Shown piece by piece: positions 36,778 to 50,371 of a stretch of DNA of 64,000 bases. The stretch comes from Phallusia mammillata. Its lineage: Eukaryota. Positions within the stretch are counted from its first letter, which is position 1. Each line of letters starts with the position of its first letter. Made by a program: the position numbers and the translations under genes. The stretch lies in the NCBI GenBank assembly GCA_965637545.1, contig OZ281496.1, positions 5,766,001-5,830,000 of the forward strand. The letters run 5' to 3'. The notes beneath the pieces are model-generated. The model searched no databases and was not told where the DNA came from. It saw nothing but the letters and a program-made list of their open reading frames with translations.

Positions 36778-39690
36778 ATGATTTCCGACATGATTGAAGA
36801 GGATAAGGGTGAACAACTCATCAAATTGCAACGTTCATTGCAAGAAGCCTACACCCGAACGGAACGATTAATGGTCAGTCCCAAAAACTTGGTTTGTGTA
36901 CATTCGTCGGTGCCAATTGTCGGTGGAAGATACCGACGTCTTGTGGAGCATATAACTTCCAATTTATCTAAAAATGAAGATCTTGATAAGGATTTGTTAA
37001 AGCGATACGCTGAGGAGAAGACTGGGTTCGATGCCACGGTTGCTGAATGGATTGAAAAGGCCCAGCATTCTACGTACCTGCCGCCACCAGCTGGTTCAAA
37101 AAAGTCGACAAAAAGTTGCACTTCTAGTTGCCCTACTTCTGCGAGTACGAGTTCCAGCGTCCGCAGAACTGAAGCACGAATTAAGTTTGAGATGGCTCGC
37201 GCAAAACTTCGTCAGGCCAAAGAAAGACAGGAGGAAGAGAATGAGCGACGAAGAAAATTGCGGGATGAAGAACGTAAGTTGCGTGATGAGGAACAAAATT
37301 TGCGCAATGAAGAACAGAACTTGCGCGAGACAGAGCGCCAGTTGGCTGCCGACGCCGAAATTCGCGAGGTACAACGTCAAGCCGAATTAGCCGAAATCGA
37401 AGCTCGCGGATGGGAAGGTAAATTTGAAGCGGAATTCGTTTGTCCGCCAACCGTAGAGAGGCCTTTTGTACAAACGGTCAACGAATGTCCAAAACCTGTA
37501 CCGCGTTGTGATAGGCAGGAGCTGCCTAAAGTAAGTCATCAGCCTCCTATCTATGCTACTCCGCAATACGATTGTCAAAATAGGAATAATCCCATAGTAG
37601 CGCAGGAACCTCGTTACAGCTCAGATGAGCGTTTTCTACCGCGTCCAAAGATAATGTCATTTAGCGGCGATCCAATGGAATACTGGACGTTCATTCGCAA
37701 CTTTGAAGCGCACGTTGCCACTAAAGTTCACTCTGACGATTTGCGTTTGGATTATCTGCTGCAACATTGTGATGACAAAGTGCGACCTAAAATTGATCAT
37801 TTGACGAAAAGGCCACTCGAGGGTTACCGACAGGCACGTCAAAAGCTCTTTCATGAATACGGACAGCCGCACATTATCGCAAATGCCTGTAAGCAGCATT
37901 TGAAGAAGAGTCCTCGCTTGAAAGGAGATTAACCGGAAAGACTAATGCAGTTTGCAGATCTGCTGGAAAAATGTCTCACTACACTGGAGGATATTGATGA
38001 ATATGCCGGTCTTAATTCGCTTGACACCATGCTGCAGCTCATTGACAAGTTACCCTATCGTCTGCAGGAAAGATGGATAGAGCGATCAGTCGAAGTGCTA
38101 CATCACACCAATCGTGAAGCCGGGTTTAGCCACGATGTTCAGTTTGTTTCGGAGCGTGCCGAGGTGGAAAATTTCCTCTACGGAAGTGGGATTATGGGAT
38201 CTAAGCGCGACAAGGATCTTGGTCCACCGATGAGAAAGCCAAAAGCGTCTGCGTACGTTGTAAACCTAGTGGAAGTTCGACAGCGCCCGACAGAGAGGCC
38301 GACTACTTCCGCTACGTATCTGTTCTGTGGTAAGGCTCACGATTTGCCTAAGTGCTTTTTAGTTCAAACGTAAAACTTACTTCGAACGTGTGGAATTCGT
38401 CAGTCGAAAGAGATTGTGCTTCAGATGCCTTACTCCAGGTCACCGTGTAAGACGATGTAAAGCGAGAACTGCCTGCGAAGAAAACGACTGTTCGAGTCAC
38501 TATCACCACACATTGCTGCATAGGTCTGCTCGAGCCGCAAAGACAGAGTCACCAGCGGCACCAGTCGAACCACAAACGGTCGCTTCATGTTCAGTAGCAA
38601 CGCCCGGCGAATGCGGGTACGACGGCGTATACCAGTGCGTCGTACCGGTCGAGGTCAAATACGAAGGCCGGAAGGTTTTAACTTACGCATTTTTGGATAT
38701 CGGCTCTACCGGAACTTTCTGTAACCAAAGATTGATTAAAGCCCTGGGCATGAAAGGTGAAACTAAGGAGATTGTTTTGCAAACACTGACAGATAAAGCC
38801 AAAGAGCATACGGCTGTTTCAGTGAGTTTCTCTGTTTCTCCAGTAGGTGGCGGAGATGATATATTTCTCCCTAAAGTAATAACCGTTGGTGAAATCTCCG
38901 TTCGTCCTAATCCGATTCTTAGCAAACAAGCATTAAGGGGTGCTCCACATTTACGTGACTTGGATTTTCCGTTGATCGAGAAAGGAACTGTAACATTGCT
39001 GATTGGTCTGGATAATCCAGACGCCTTGTTTATTGAGGAGATGCGTCGTGGTTAAAAGGAAAACCGTTTGCTGTCAAGACACCTTTTGAATGGACATTAT
39101 TGGGCCCTTCACTCCTTCCGTGTGCATCATCGAGGTACCAGGTGAACTTGAAGTCTAGAGACAGCTTTTACAGAAGCAAATCTCTAGTCTGTGTGAGACG
39201 GATTTTGGGGACGAAACTGCTGTTCTAGATTTCCCCACGTCGCGCGAAGACAGAAAGATTTATGGTATCATGCAAAAGGACGTGAAAATGGTGGAAGGTC
39301 ACTATGAGCTGCCGTTACCGTGGAGAGAAAGCTCAGCTTGTTTGCCGGATATCAAGCCAATGGCCGAAGGACGGTTGACGTAGTTGAAGCGACGCCTGGA
39401 GAAGGATCACTCACTGAAGGAAAAGTACGTGAGCACAAAGCAGTCCTACCTCGAGAAAGGGTACGCAAGAGAGATACCTCGAGAAGAAATCGAGTCCGCT
39501 AATGGTGTTTGCTGGTATTTGCCACACCATCCTGTACTCCATCCCCGTAAGCCAGACAAGGTTCGTGTAGTTTTTGATTGCGCTGCAAAGCACAAGGGCG
39601 ACTGTGCATGACTGTGCACCTGTTCAGGGCGACTTCATCCCCTAGTTGCGCGAGTTTTTGCTTGAAGCAAACAGCCGTTCAGAGTCTACA
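36778..39690 (+). mobile_element. Decayed BEL/Pao LTR retrotransposon (gag, zinc knuckles, protease, partial RT)
   Basis: PRPKIMSFSGDPMEYWTF gag motif, knuckles CFRCLTPGHRVRRC and CEENDCSSHYHHTLLH, protease FLDIGSTGTF, RT WYLPHHPV...VRVVFDCAAK and MTVHLFRATSSPSCASF. Several stops and frameshifts, 3' truncated. Confidence 0.92.
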
Positions 39691-42600
39691 AGCACATTTC
39701 GAACAACGGTCTCATATATGGTAAAAACGTCGTTAACTGGTCGTTGTTACCTGGTTATAACACCTACGAGGTTACTAAAGGTCAACGTTGAACTTACATA
39801 TTTTGAAACACAGTTAATATTTTAAGGCTTTTTCACAACTAATTTCTCAGCTTTTGTGATATTTGGAGGTTTTCAGGCTGAATCTGGTATGACACAAACT
39901 TTGAGCACTAATATCATACTTTATTTTGGTTATAGCAAGACTATTTTTGAAAGTAAATTTAACTGAGCTATAACTTCACATTTAAGTTAGAGTTTAACAT
40001 TTTTATGTTTCAGAAAATGTGATAAAATGATTATTTTTTATTTCCACTTAATAACTCACATTTTTTGTGTGAACAATGCTTATTTTACTGAAACTAAGGG
40101 AAATCTATTTGCACACAAGATTTAATTTATAGAAGAATTTATGAAAGTGAAGAAAATGTTTAAGGAAAAAGAATGACATTGCGGAATTATGGGTTTAAGC
40201 CGATAGTAGTGAATGGTTGAATATATTACACTTAACTTAACTTGGGTGGTGTGTATCCCTAAAACTGAACATTTTATTAAGTTCAATCTAAACTCTTGTA
40301 ATTATCTAAACTGGTCTAAAATATTTCAATTTATTTTGTTTTCTTCCTGTAGCTTGTTCATTTTTATTATAAAATGTTGATGGATTTGGACAAAAACTTT
40401 CATAGTAGATGATTTTCACACAAGGTAGTTTTACTATACACTTTATTTCATCCATATTTATTGGGTGTTGCTACGTGATCGATTGAGTTTACTCATTACA
40501 CACATGGAGTTAACCTGTTACCCCAACAGAAACAAATCTTTCGTTGCATATATTAAATAACCAGTTAGGTGAAACTGTACACAGGTAGAAGACTGACTGT
40601 CACTCTACATCAAAATGTTCAGCACAACATCACCACAATCAGGTGAGTTCAAAATCTACAAATGGCAGCAGTTGTGGATAAGTCTACTGTTTATATGTTG
40701 TGCAAAAATTTTTGATTATTAGCAACTCCACTTTACCAAGTTTTACTATCAATTGTGAAGCACAGAACTACACCTACATTCGCAATGAACAGAAATTGTA
40801 TGTATCTGTTTAATACTCAGTAGGAACCTGGATGTGTTGTGCATAACAAGTCAGTCATCAGGCCTCAGTGCTGTTTTGTTACCACTTGTTTATTCTGTGT
40901 CTAAGTTTTATTTGTTTGAAGCAATATCTCAAGTTTTTAGAAAATGCAGGCTAGTTATTATGTTATTAAAAGCATTGTCGTCCTTACATATATAAGTTTG
41001 TTCATTAATACAGCAGCAAAGTTTGCTGAGCTAAAAAGTATCATGCATTTTTATCAGCCTTAAACAAAATGATGTTTGATTTGTTATTTGTAGCAAAACA
41101 TAGAATAACCACAGACCAGTATGGACAAAATATTGATATGGAAAAAATATTCACACAAACTTTGTATAATTAGAAAACTAATTAATGTCCCTTGGTTCAA
41201 ACTAATTTCTGTTTTATTGTACATTTAATAAAATGAATATTTTGGTGTATTTTACATTTTTTATCACAAAAGTAATAATAGAAAATACTGAACAAGCGTT
41301 TTGTCCACCAGGTTGCATATTTAACAAATTTGTCGTTCAACTGGTGTAATGCTAAACAAAATACTAGTTGTTTGATAAAAAATGACAAATTTGTTAAAAA
41401 AGTAATAATTATGAATATTTTTTATTTTAACTTCAATTAGTAGTGTTACATTTCATCCATGCAAGATATTTATTACACTGCAGTCTAAATTGTAAATTGT
41501 TTAGATTTCTCAAAACATCTGTTGGTTTTGACATGAAAAAAATCAACCGAGTTTTATTTTCGCAAACATTTAAGCTGAATCCAACTGTTTAGCCGTTTTG
41601 TTTTACCATTATATGCATGCTTGAAATTTAACGATGTTTTTTTTCTTGCTGTTTGTTACACATAAATCAAATAACTTATCAGCTTTGTAGAAATGAGCAT
41701 TGGAAAGTGGTCCAATGTCACAACATAACAATTAACAGAACCGGAAAATTTTATTACAACAAACAGAAGGATCACATGGTGGAAATATCTACAGCGCTTT
41801 GTCTGAATTAAACACAGGTGCATTTAAAATTTAAACCATATATGTGTTGTTGAATCTTAATTTCCAACAGTAAAATAACAAAAGTATTACAGCAGGAGTT
41901 TTTGCTCTATATTGCTATCACACAAGCACTGTTAACCATTGAATGCTTGTTTTACATTGGTAATTCCCTCTTCAGATATGAGTGAGTCACATCTTATAAT
42001 CGGTTAGTTTAGTATCCTTAGTTAGGTTGGTAAATCCCAGAGAACTACTTAGTGATCAATGTAACAGCCTTGATTTTCTATAGTTGATCACAATTAAACC
42101 CAAATTTGCGTAATTCGGTGATTGTTTAAGTGCTATTATGTAGCTTTACTTGCTGTCCTTCACCGATGCTTGTTTCCTATTGTACTCTTGGCAAAATGTG
42201 GCTCTTGGAAACTACATGACGATTTATACAGACTCTTTCAACTGTTACTAAACCTGGATATTTGTGTGCTTATTCAAATTACAAAGTGGTTATTTGTTCG
42301 ACAAAAGGCAAACTTAGTTTCTATTCTGTTTTCAATGTAACTATCATTCTTTCTAGAATTAAAAATTTTGCTTAACCCCTGAAGTGCCCTTTTACTATGT
42401 TTGTAACTTTCCTAACTTAGCTCTTGCCAAAATAATAATGCATACAAAAATACTCAGACATTATAAGTCAATTTTTTCAAAATAAATTTACATAAGCATA
42501 TGTACATGACGAAAACCAAATCGAGCATAACAAGATTTAACAATGCGAAAACAGCAATAAATATTTGTGGGATATTTACTATTGTAAGTTTATGGTTGTT

Positions 42601-45600
42601 TCATTCTCGGATCTCAATCACTCTGTCGCCTTCTTCATCTGCACGAACATTGTATATCACAGCTAAATCAGATGAGCGATTTGTAGATGCACGGAGAATA
42701 GACAATTTCTCCATCAGCCATTTCTTTGCCCTGACAAGTTGATCTTCTATTGCTTTAGAGTAAAGCAAGGGATTAAGAGCGCTGTTGATTGGAAGCAACA
42801 GACAAGCGCTCAACACATAAGCATCTGGTGGTATCATGATTCCTCCAACACTCAAATATCCCATAACACAAATTGGAATCCAGCAACAGAAGTCGGTCAA
42901 AATCAACCTTGAGATTCTCTTTTGCATATTGGAGCTGACATCATTGCTTCTAGATCCTTTCATCCGGTTACTATGTTTGTAGATGAGAACATATGCAACA
43001 ACCATGTAGATGAACATAAGCAAGTTGATTGTGATGAGTAAAGTTGAATATTCCCAAGCAAATTCACTGGTTGTGGCAAACAAACGTGGCATACAGACAC
43101 TTGTTTCTCCATAATATCCAAACTCTCCTTTAATTGGGTTGCGAGGAAATGCCATTCTTATAGTTCGTTTCACATCGTCCCACCTCTCCGGTTTTACATT
43201 ATCAATTCGTTCTGCAAGAAGTGACATGTTTTCTCTGGAAACAAAATCATTTCCAAAAAAGTTGTTTCGAAACCAAACATCAGTTGCAAAATATCCCGAA
43301 GTGACATTTAGCAAAGGAACAGTTGCCAAAACAACAGCTGAAATCCAGCAAAACAATTCAGCAAATAAAACTTTACAAACACCTACACTTCGAATTGTAA
43401 ATGGTTTAAAAGCTGATATTAGACGAAAGGTTGTCATGGCTGTCATTGTAAACGCTGATGCTTCTGAAGAAATAATTGCAAGTGCTCCAAGTCCCGAACA
43501 GAAACTACTTGACCTCCACTCCTTATCATATAAACAGTATGTGCCAGAAAACTGTGCCGCTTGCACTATAACTACAAGCAGATAAATTCCCATTAAGAAA
43601 TCTGAGCAACAGAGGTTTAGAAGAAAAATACTGGTGTTAATAAAAACATTTTTGTTCCTATCTACATTCCATAAGCTGTGAGCAGTTGCAACAAACACAA
43701 ACGAATTTCCTCCCAAAGCTAACACAGCTGTTATCCAGAAAATCGCTCGGTACATTGCATTGGCAATCATTTCATTGACATCTGCAAAGACGTCCCCAGC
43801 CAAGTTCACACATTCATCACTTCCGTCTGAACAATCACGAATTCCATTCTGCACCAGTTTCTTTTCAACCGACATGGGTTGTTTGTTTGTGCAATAAAAC
43901 CTTGTTTTATCACAACGGCATCTACTTTCATCAGATTCATTGTCACAGTCGATAATTCCGTCACAAACAGTTTTTCTGTCAATGGAAACCCTATCTTTTG
44001 ATTTGCAATAAAATTGGGTTTTGTTACAACGTTGTACAAATTCATCGGAGCCGTCGTCACAATCAACTTTTCCGTCGCACACCTGATAGTTCCTTATGCT
44101 GATTTCTCCATCTGAGAAACAATAAAACATGTTTCGACAATTCATTTCACCAAATATTCCAAAACTGTCCTTAGTCGTTCCATCACATGCGAAGCTTAAC
44201 CAAAATTTCACAAGAGAAGAATCATTTTCCAATCGTGGCCAGGATTTATTTAACAAATTGTAATCAGTTCTCACGCACATCAAAACTTTGTCAATTCTAT
44301 CCGGATTTCTTAATATACATTGAGTTAGTAAGTCATTTTGAGACGAACAATACTTCTTGTTTATTTGATCAACACATTCCACGCTTGGGTTGCACAACTT
44401 TCCACTTTGAACTGAACAAACAGATTTATTTTGGCAATGCATCTGATTTGAAGGACAATCACCCCTTATATCATTACACAAACTTTGATCAAAACACAAA
44501 CACTCATCTGACATATCAAAGCAATCCACTATACCGTCACAAACTTGCTTGGGTGATATGATTAACTTTTTATCCAAGCACTGAAAACATTTGAACTGTT
44601 CCTTGACAAAACAAAGATCAGATTTATCAGAACATTGAGCCACTGAATCGTAAACATTGATTTGTGGCAAAACGCAAACACCTTGTCTGGATGATCCAGA
44701 GCATTTAAACCCAAATCCTGACTTAATTTCATCACTATTGTCACTACAACTACTAACTCCGTCACAAAAATCACTTCCAGCAATGAATTTTTGTTTTTCA
44801 CAAATGAAATAATTCTTACAATTTTTTTTTATATTTTTGCAGTTTGAGGAGACACAAATCACATTCTTGCTTTCACAACTGTTGATGTCATCAGCACATG
44901 ATGGTTGGATTACTGTATTGCACTCTGCAGGAACTGTGGAATGTACAAGATAACTGGCAAGTTGTTCACTCTTACAAGTTGTGGCAAACATTGTGCAAGA
45001 TTGACATGTGAAGTTGGAAACTGAACAAAGTTCGTCACTTCCATCATAGCAATCCTTAAATCCATCACCAATCCAGTCAATAGGTATGCATCTGCCTTTA
45101 GATGGGCAATGTTTGTTACCAGGATCACACGGACATTTGACATAAACTCCAGAGCAGTTACATGTGTAATGTGTCTCATCACTACCATCAAAACAGTCAC
45201 GATTTCCATCGCATAATAAAGATCGGTTAATACAACTTCCAGCTATACTGATATCGCATTGTTTTGTGTCAACACATGCACATTGAAACTTATGAGCTGG
45301 GCAAGTGCAATTAACTTCATCACTCCAATCTTCACAGTGATTAAGTCCATCACATTGCGAGTCTTTGTTGATGCAACTGTATCTAGTTGTGCAGTTCTTT
45401 GTTTTGTAACAATCACATTCAAACTTGTTAGCCGGACAAGTGCAATTAACTTCATCACTCCAATCTCCACAGTTATTATATCCATCACATTGCAAGTTTT
45501 TGTTGGTGCAACCATATCCAGTTGTGCAGTTCTTTGTTTTGTAACAATCACATTCAAACTTGTTAGCCGGACAAGTGCAATTAACTTCATCACTCCAATC

Positions 45601-46258
45601 ATCACAGTCATTATATCCATTACATTGCAAGTCTTTGTAGATGCAACCCCATATATTTGTGCAATTGTTTGTTTTGTAACAATCACATTCAAACTTATTA
45701 GCTGTACAAGTGCAATTAACTTCATCACTTCCATCTGAACAATGTTTCCTTCCATCACATCGCCTCTTCTCCCTCACACACCCAAAACGACCTTTACAAG
45801 TTGTGTTGAAGCAGTCACACTGAAAACTGCCTTTAGCACAAACCTCACTATACTCGTCGCTCCAATCACCACAGTCGTTAAACCAGTTATTTACCCACGA
45901 CATCCCAATACATCCTGGTTTGTCCCCACACCGACCAAACTTGTGACAAGCACATTCGAACATTGAAGAAGGGCAGGTGCAGTTGGGACCGCGGTACGGT
46001 TTCTCGCACACCGAGTGATTTTCAGGTTCTGTGAAAAAATTCGCAAAAATAAGTTTTACAGAAAAATAAAATGATGCACAAGTTGGAAAGAAATACATCT
46101 GTTTAATTTGCTACAAAACATGTGCTATTAACTATTGGATTGATTTTGATCGAGGTAAGCTTACTTGTATAAGGTCGAGGAGCGAGACTGAAATCCTCGC
46201 CCGGACATTCACCTTCCGCGCATCCGACGAAAAACAATAGAAATAATAACCACAGCAT
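42601..46258 (-). CDS. Rhodopsin-class LGR/RXFP/GRL101-related GPCR with ~13 LDLa repeats and no LRRs; join(46213-46258, 42601-46028), 1157 aa
   Basis: Signal-peptide exon MLWLLFLLFFVGCAE with a phase-1 GT-AG intron. Repeated CDGxxDCxDxSDE motifs. 7TM motifs GGNSFV, LNLCCSDFLMGIYL, YYGETSVCMP, LILTDFCCWIPI and LLPINSALNPLLY. Confidence 0.92.
45286..45825 (-). repeat. 135-bp coding tandem repeat (45-aa Cys-rich LDLa units)
   Basis: AAACTTGTTAGCCGGACAAGTGCAATTAAC recurs at 45421 and 45556; about 4 units. Confidence 0.88.
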
Positions 46259-46417
46259 ATTTATGATTTCTATGTAGCAACTGTTAATATAAGAGTTTAG
46301 TTTTTTCCTGTACAAAAATTCTTGTCTACCGAGGTATGTGAATTAATTTACAACACCCAGGAAAAATAAAAAAATACACCCGGTTCTTTTTTTGCGCTCA
46401 AATGTTTGTGGGGGAAA

Positions 46418-47124
46418 AGGCCCGTTTACACTACGCGTAACGCGCTCACTCAAACCTGCGTAAGTTTGTTTGTTTCATTTTTTCTGTCTGGTTTCGCGCT
46501 TGACTGATTTCGGCAGCTCAAGTCTCGTAGAAATGAGTGAGCGATCGCCTACTGAGCGTTTTTCTGCGTATCAAGCTGCTTGAACCTGCGAAAACGGTTT
46601 GTGTTATCGCTGCTTGCGGGTTTGTAATTGAAAAAGGTTGGTTCATTTTCCGAAAATAAATGATGGTGCGCTATTTGCCTCAAATTTAATTATTCATTAC
46701 ATTGTTATGATTGTATGTTGTGTTTTTTGTGTTCAAGTATTGTAATTAAGTGCATTTAAAATGTACATTCTACCCACTACAGGTGACTAGCCTACATGCT
46801 ATAAAAATATGAAAGTGAGATAAACATGCCATAAATCTATACAACAACATACTAAACAATCCTGTATGATTACCGAGATGCCAAATCATGTTTACTAACA
46901 AACTATCATTTAATTTAGATTCATAAAAATCTTTTTCGAATCTAAAGTAGGTAACAATAAATTTATGTGATGAATTATGGTCATCGATATTTGCTGTGAG
47001 CTGAAAATGACGTCGGGCATGTTATTTAGTACACTTAGGTACGCGCCGAAAATCGTAGTGTAAACGGAAGGGGTCGCAAGGTTAGGTTAGGTTAGGCGCC
47101 GCTAAGCACAGTGTAAACGGGCCT
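46418..47124. mobile_element. PIF/Harbinger-like MITE just upstream of the GPCR
   Basis: 15-bp TIR AGGCCCGTTTACACT / AGTGTAAACGGGCCT and 3-bp TSD AAA. Confidence 0.82.
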
Positions 47125-47790
47125 AAAGGCTTGGGTGGTTCATTTTATTTCAAGTTAACGAACAAACTCATAATGGAGCTAAAGTCAGAACCCGAATCAA
47201 AGATTTTTGCGAACGAAAAGCAGATAAATCCTTTCTTAGTACAGAACAAATTAAACAGGAAACCACCAGCATTTGATCTCTCAAAATGGATGATAAAATT
47301 GAATCAAACCCGGACAACCTAATTAATAGTCTCACCTTTTACGCAAGAAAAAATGGAAATATCTAAAACCTAATGAATAAATACTATTCCCCGAGCGATA
47401 ACGGACTTTCCCGTAGAATTTAAGAATTATTTTTGGTCATTTCCTCAGGAAAATTTTATACAACTTGTATACGATATTTGTTTAACAAAAGAACTCCCCT
47501 AACCCTTAAAACGCGCAAGTCAAGCTAATACCCCAAAACAGGACAAGGTTGTATTAAACAATTGGCATCCAATTTACCTTCGTATTTACGATGCTTTGTA
47601 TTGTAACTTGTTTAGAAATAAAACTGCGCATTTTATCTCTGTGATAGTAATGACATTTTATAAAAATATCACTTTTGGGGTTGGTAACGTGTAACAAACA
47701 CCAATACAATGCATTGTAACGAAACTTTGGTGTCGCCAAAGATTATTTTTTAAACCCTGCGGAATTAACGCACGTTTGGTAACCCTTATG

Positions 47791-47957
47791 CAGGGGTCGG
47801 CAACCTTTTTTCTACTGCGGACCATTTTTGAAACTGAAATTTTATCGCGGACCGGCCTAAATTACTTTATAATCCCCGGGATACTTGGGCAAAAAGTTTT
47901 GCATTTAACCTAAAAAATTGTACGGCCTGGTAACGAACTCGTCGTTGCCGACCACTG
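47791..47957. mobile_element. hAT MITE
   Basis: TIRs CAGGGGTCGGCAAC / GTTGCCGACCACTG and TSD CCCTTATG/CCCTAATG. Confidence 0.85.
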
Positions 47958-48178
47958 CCCTAATGTGCACCAACCACGCTAACTGACTTGATTCCGAAAA
48001 GGCCTTGATTCGTTCAAAGTGGAATAAGACCCTTTTCCAACACCGAACAGCAAATCACGTATTTAACAATTAACATAGCTTTTAAATCTACTTCTGTTTA
48101 GAAATAGGGAGCTTAGAAACAACCGATGTTAATTTGCAAATTAAAAAACAAAACAATATAAATCACCTCCTCTTAGAC

Positions 48179-48716
48179 CAGGGATTCTTAAGTGTTTACG
48201 GCCGTGCCCCCCACTTGACACTATTTAATTAATCTCACTCCCCCTTAAATTAATGTTAGCGCTGATAAAATCAATGAGAAGAAAGTTTTTTAATCAGGTC
48301 TATGTCTTGTTTTATCAGACAACATACATCATAGGTCCGCTTTAAGCTACTGCCAAGAGTTGAAGAAGCCACTTAAACACTGATAAGTTGCGAAATAGAA
48401 GGCTTTGTGCGCACAGAGCCATGTTGCCAGTATTCTCTTAAATTGCGAATATGTCGCCCAGAAATGGCTGATGCACTGAAAGTCATGGCAGCCTCCAATG
48501 CAAAATTGCGATCACAGCCGACGATAATACAACTGGACACCCATTTCAGAGTAATGATGCGTTTGCTTCAGTATAATTTCCAAACAATAAGTTAGAAATT
48601 AGCGTCGACAGCATTCAAATGCATTCATTTACAATTGTTTGCAAGTAAAAACTTTGCAGCCAGACTGTGCTGCGCCCCACTAAGGGGACCCCCCCATCAG
48701 AGTTAAAGAACCCGTG
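48179..48716. mobile_element. hAT MITE
   Basis: Imperfect TIRs CAGGGATTCTT / AAGAACCCGTG and TSD TCTTAGAC/TCTTGGAC. Confidence 0.7.
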
Positions 48717-49409
48717 TCTTGGACTGTCCCATGTCACCTAAATTCTCCACCATTTAGACAACTCCTTGCAAACAAATTTAATACTAATCTCGAAATTACC
48801 CTGAACCTCAAATCCTTTACACAATCTCACACCAAAATTATTGAAACAGAAATTGAACTTCTTAAATAAACTCGTCTACAATCAAACATCTTTGCAAAGT
48901 GTATTACCGCGAAAATATTTGTTTAAAATCTAAACATTCACACCACGATAAAAAAATTCGTCGATAACTATGTCGAAATTAAATTTGGTATTATTACATA
49001 TCTAATAATTAACAACAGACACGCAGCGCAAACCAGTACATGTAATACTTTGTACTATTACGTGTCAATTGATTTATTAAACTCTGAACCCACTTTCAAT
49101 TTGCATAAACCGCGTTACTGTAAGGAAAGCCAATTTCGCAGAATATTTATAGGCACAAAAACGGAAACGACAGGTTATACGTAGCACTGCCTTCTATCTT
49201 TCGGTCTTACACACCGGCGTCATCCAGCTTGTTTTCTCAAATCGAATGACGAACGCCAATTTGCGTATACACTGTACGTATGTATTAATTGCAAAACCAC
49301 TAAATGTTTCTTTATGGCCCTTTATACATATTTTAAATTAACGGTTTGAATAAAATCAAATGCGTATTATTGCAGGTTTCGGATATATAAAAGGCTCGTT
49401 TATAAACTT

Positions 49410-49850
49410 ACTTTAAGCTTGCAAAGTTGTGTATGTGACAAGCGCTATGATTCACTGCACGAAGCTCGTTAGGACACCCGCTTTTAGCTTGCAAAATCGT
49501 GCATGCAGCAAGCGCTATGGTTGAACGAACTATACGTTAAACCCCCAGGAAAGAAAAGACAACAATCACAATGACCAATAATATACAAACGGCCTTGAAC
49601 ATGGTGTTTTTAAGCTATTTGACATCAGGCCAACTGGCTACTTAGCTAGTTAAATTTATTCGAAAAAATACTGACACGGGGTGTAAAGTCAGGCCCGAAT
49701 CAAGCCAGTTGTTTGAGAAAACCTAAGCCCGAAACCGGCCCGACTTACAACTCTATGTAGAAAGCTATGTGGTAGACTGCACGAAGCTCGTTAGAAAACT
49801 CGCTTATCTGTGCAAAGTCGTGCATGTAACAAGCGCTATGACTTGCTTTG
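49410..49850 (-). repeat. Inverted-orientation units of the 70-bp minisatellite family
   Basis: CTTTAAGCTTGCAAAG, AAGCGCTATG and CTGCACGAAGCTCGTTAG at ~49410-49525 and ~49765-49850. Confidence 0.82.
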
Positions 49851-50115
49851 ACAAATAAAAAGCATGCGTGGGCGCCGTTTTCAAATAGGTTTTGAAAAAT
49901 GCCAAAGCAACCCGCCGTTTAATTTTTTGTTAAAGACGATGATTTATCAGAAATTAATAAATACCCAAAACAAAATGCAGAACACTTAACATAACTAAAA
50001 GAAATCCTAAAGAAAGCTTTAGGTTTCAGGTTTTCACTTTGCCTCAGTTGAAAGGCGTCAACACATTAAGGTTTTGAACAAAAAAACGGTCGTAATAATT
50101 CTTAAACCCTGTATT

Positions 50116-50371
50116 GAACCGAGCAGTTCGCTGGCAGGTTTGTTACGAGTAAAATGATTTTGTCTGTCCATCGTTCTCCCGCTGGCATGCGAACAACTGT
50201 CCATCCGCAAGCGTTGGAAAATACACAGCATGCGCAGAAAATTGTACTCGTATGAACCGAGCAGCCTTATAGGTTTGTTATGAGTTCAATGATTTCGTCC
50301 GCCCATCGTTCTCCCGCTGGCATGCGAACAACTGTCCATCCGCAAGCGTTGGAAAATACACAGCAAGCGCA
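50116..50371 (+). repeat. ~120-135-bp tandem duplication
   Basis: CATCGTTCTCCCGCTGGCATGCGAACAACTGTCCATCCGCAAGCGTTGGAAAATACACAGC occurs twice. Confidence 0.9.

Noticed and set aside
43139-45966. Several overlapping ORFs on both strands within the GPCR
   Set aside because: Shadow frames of a repetitive Cys-rich coding sequence.
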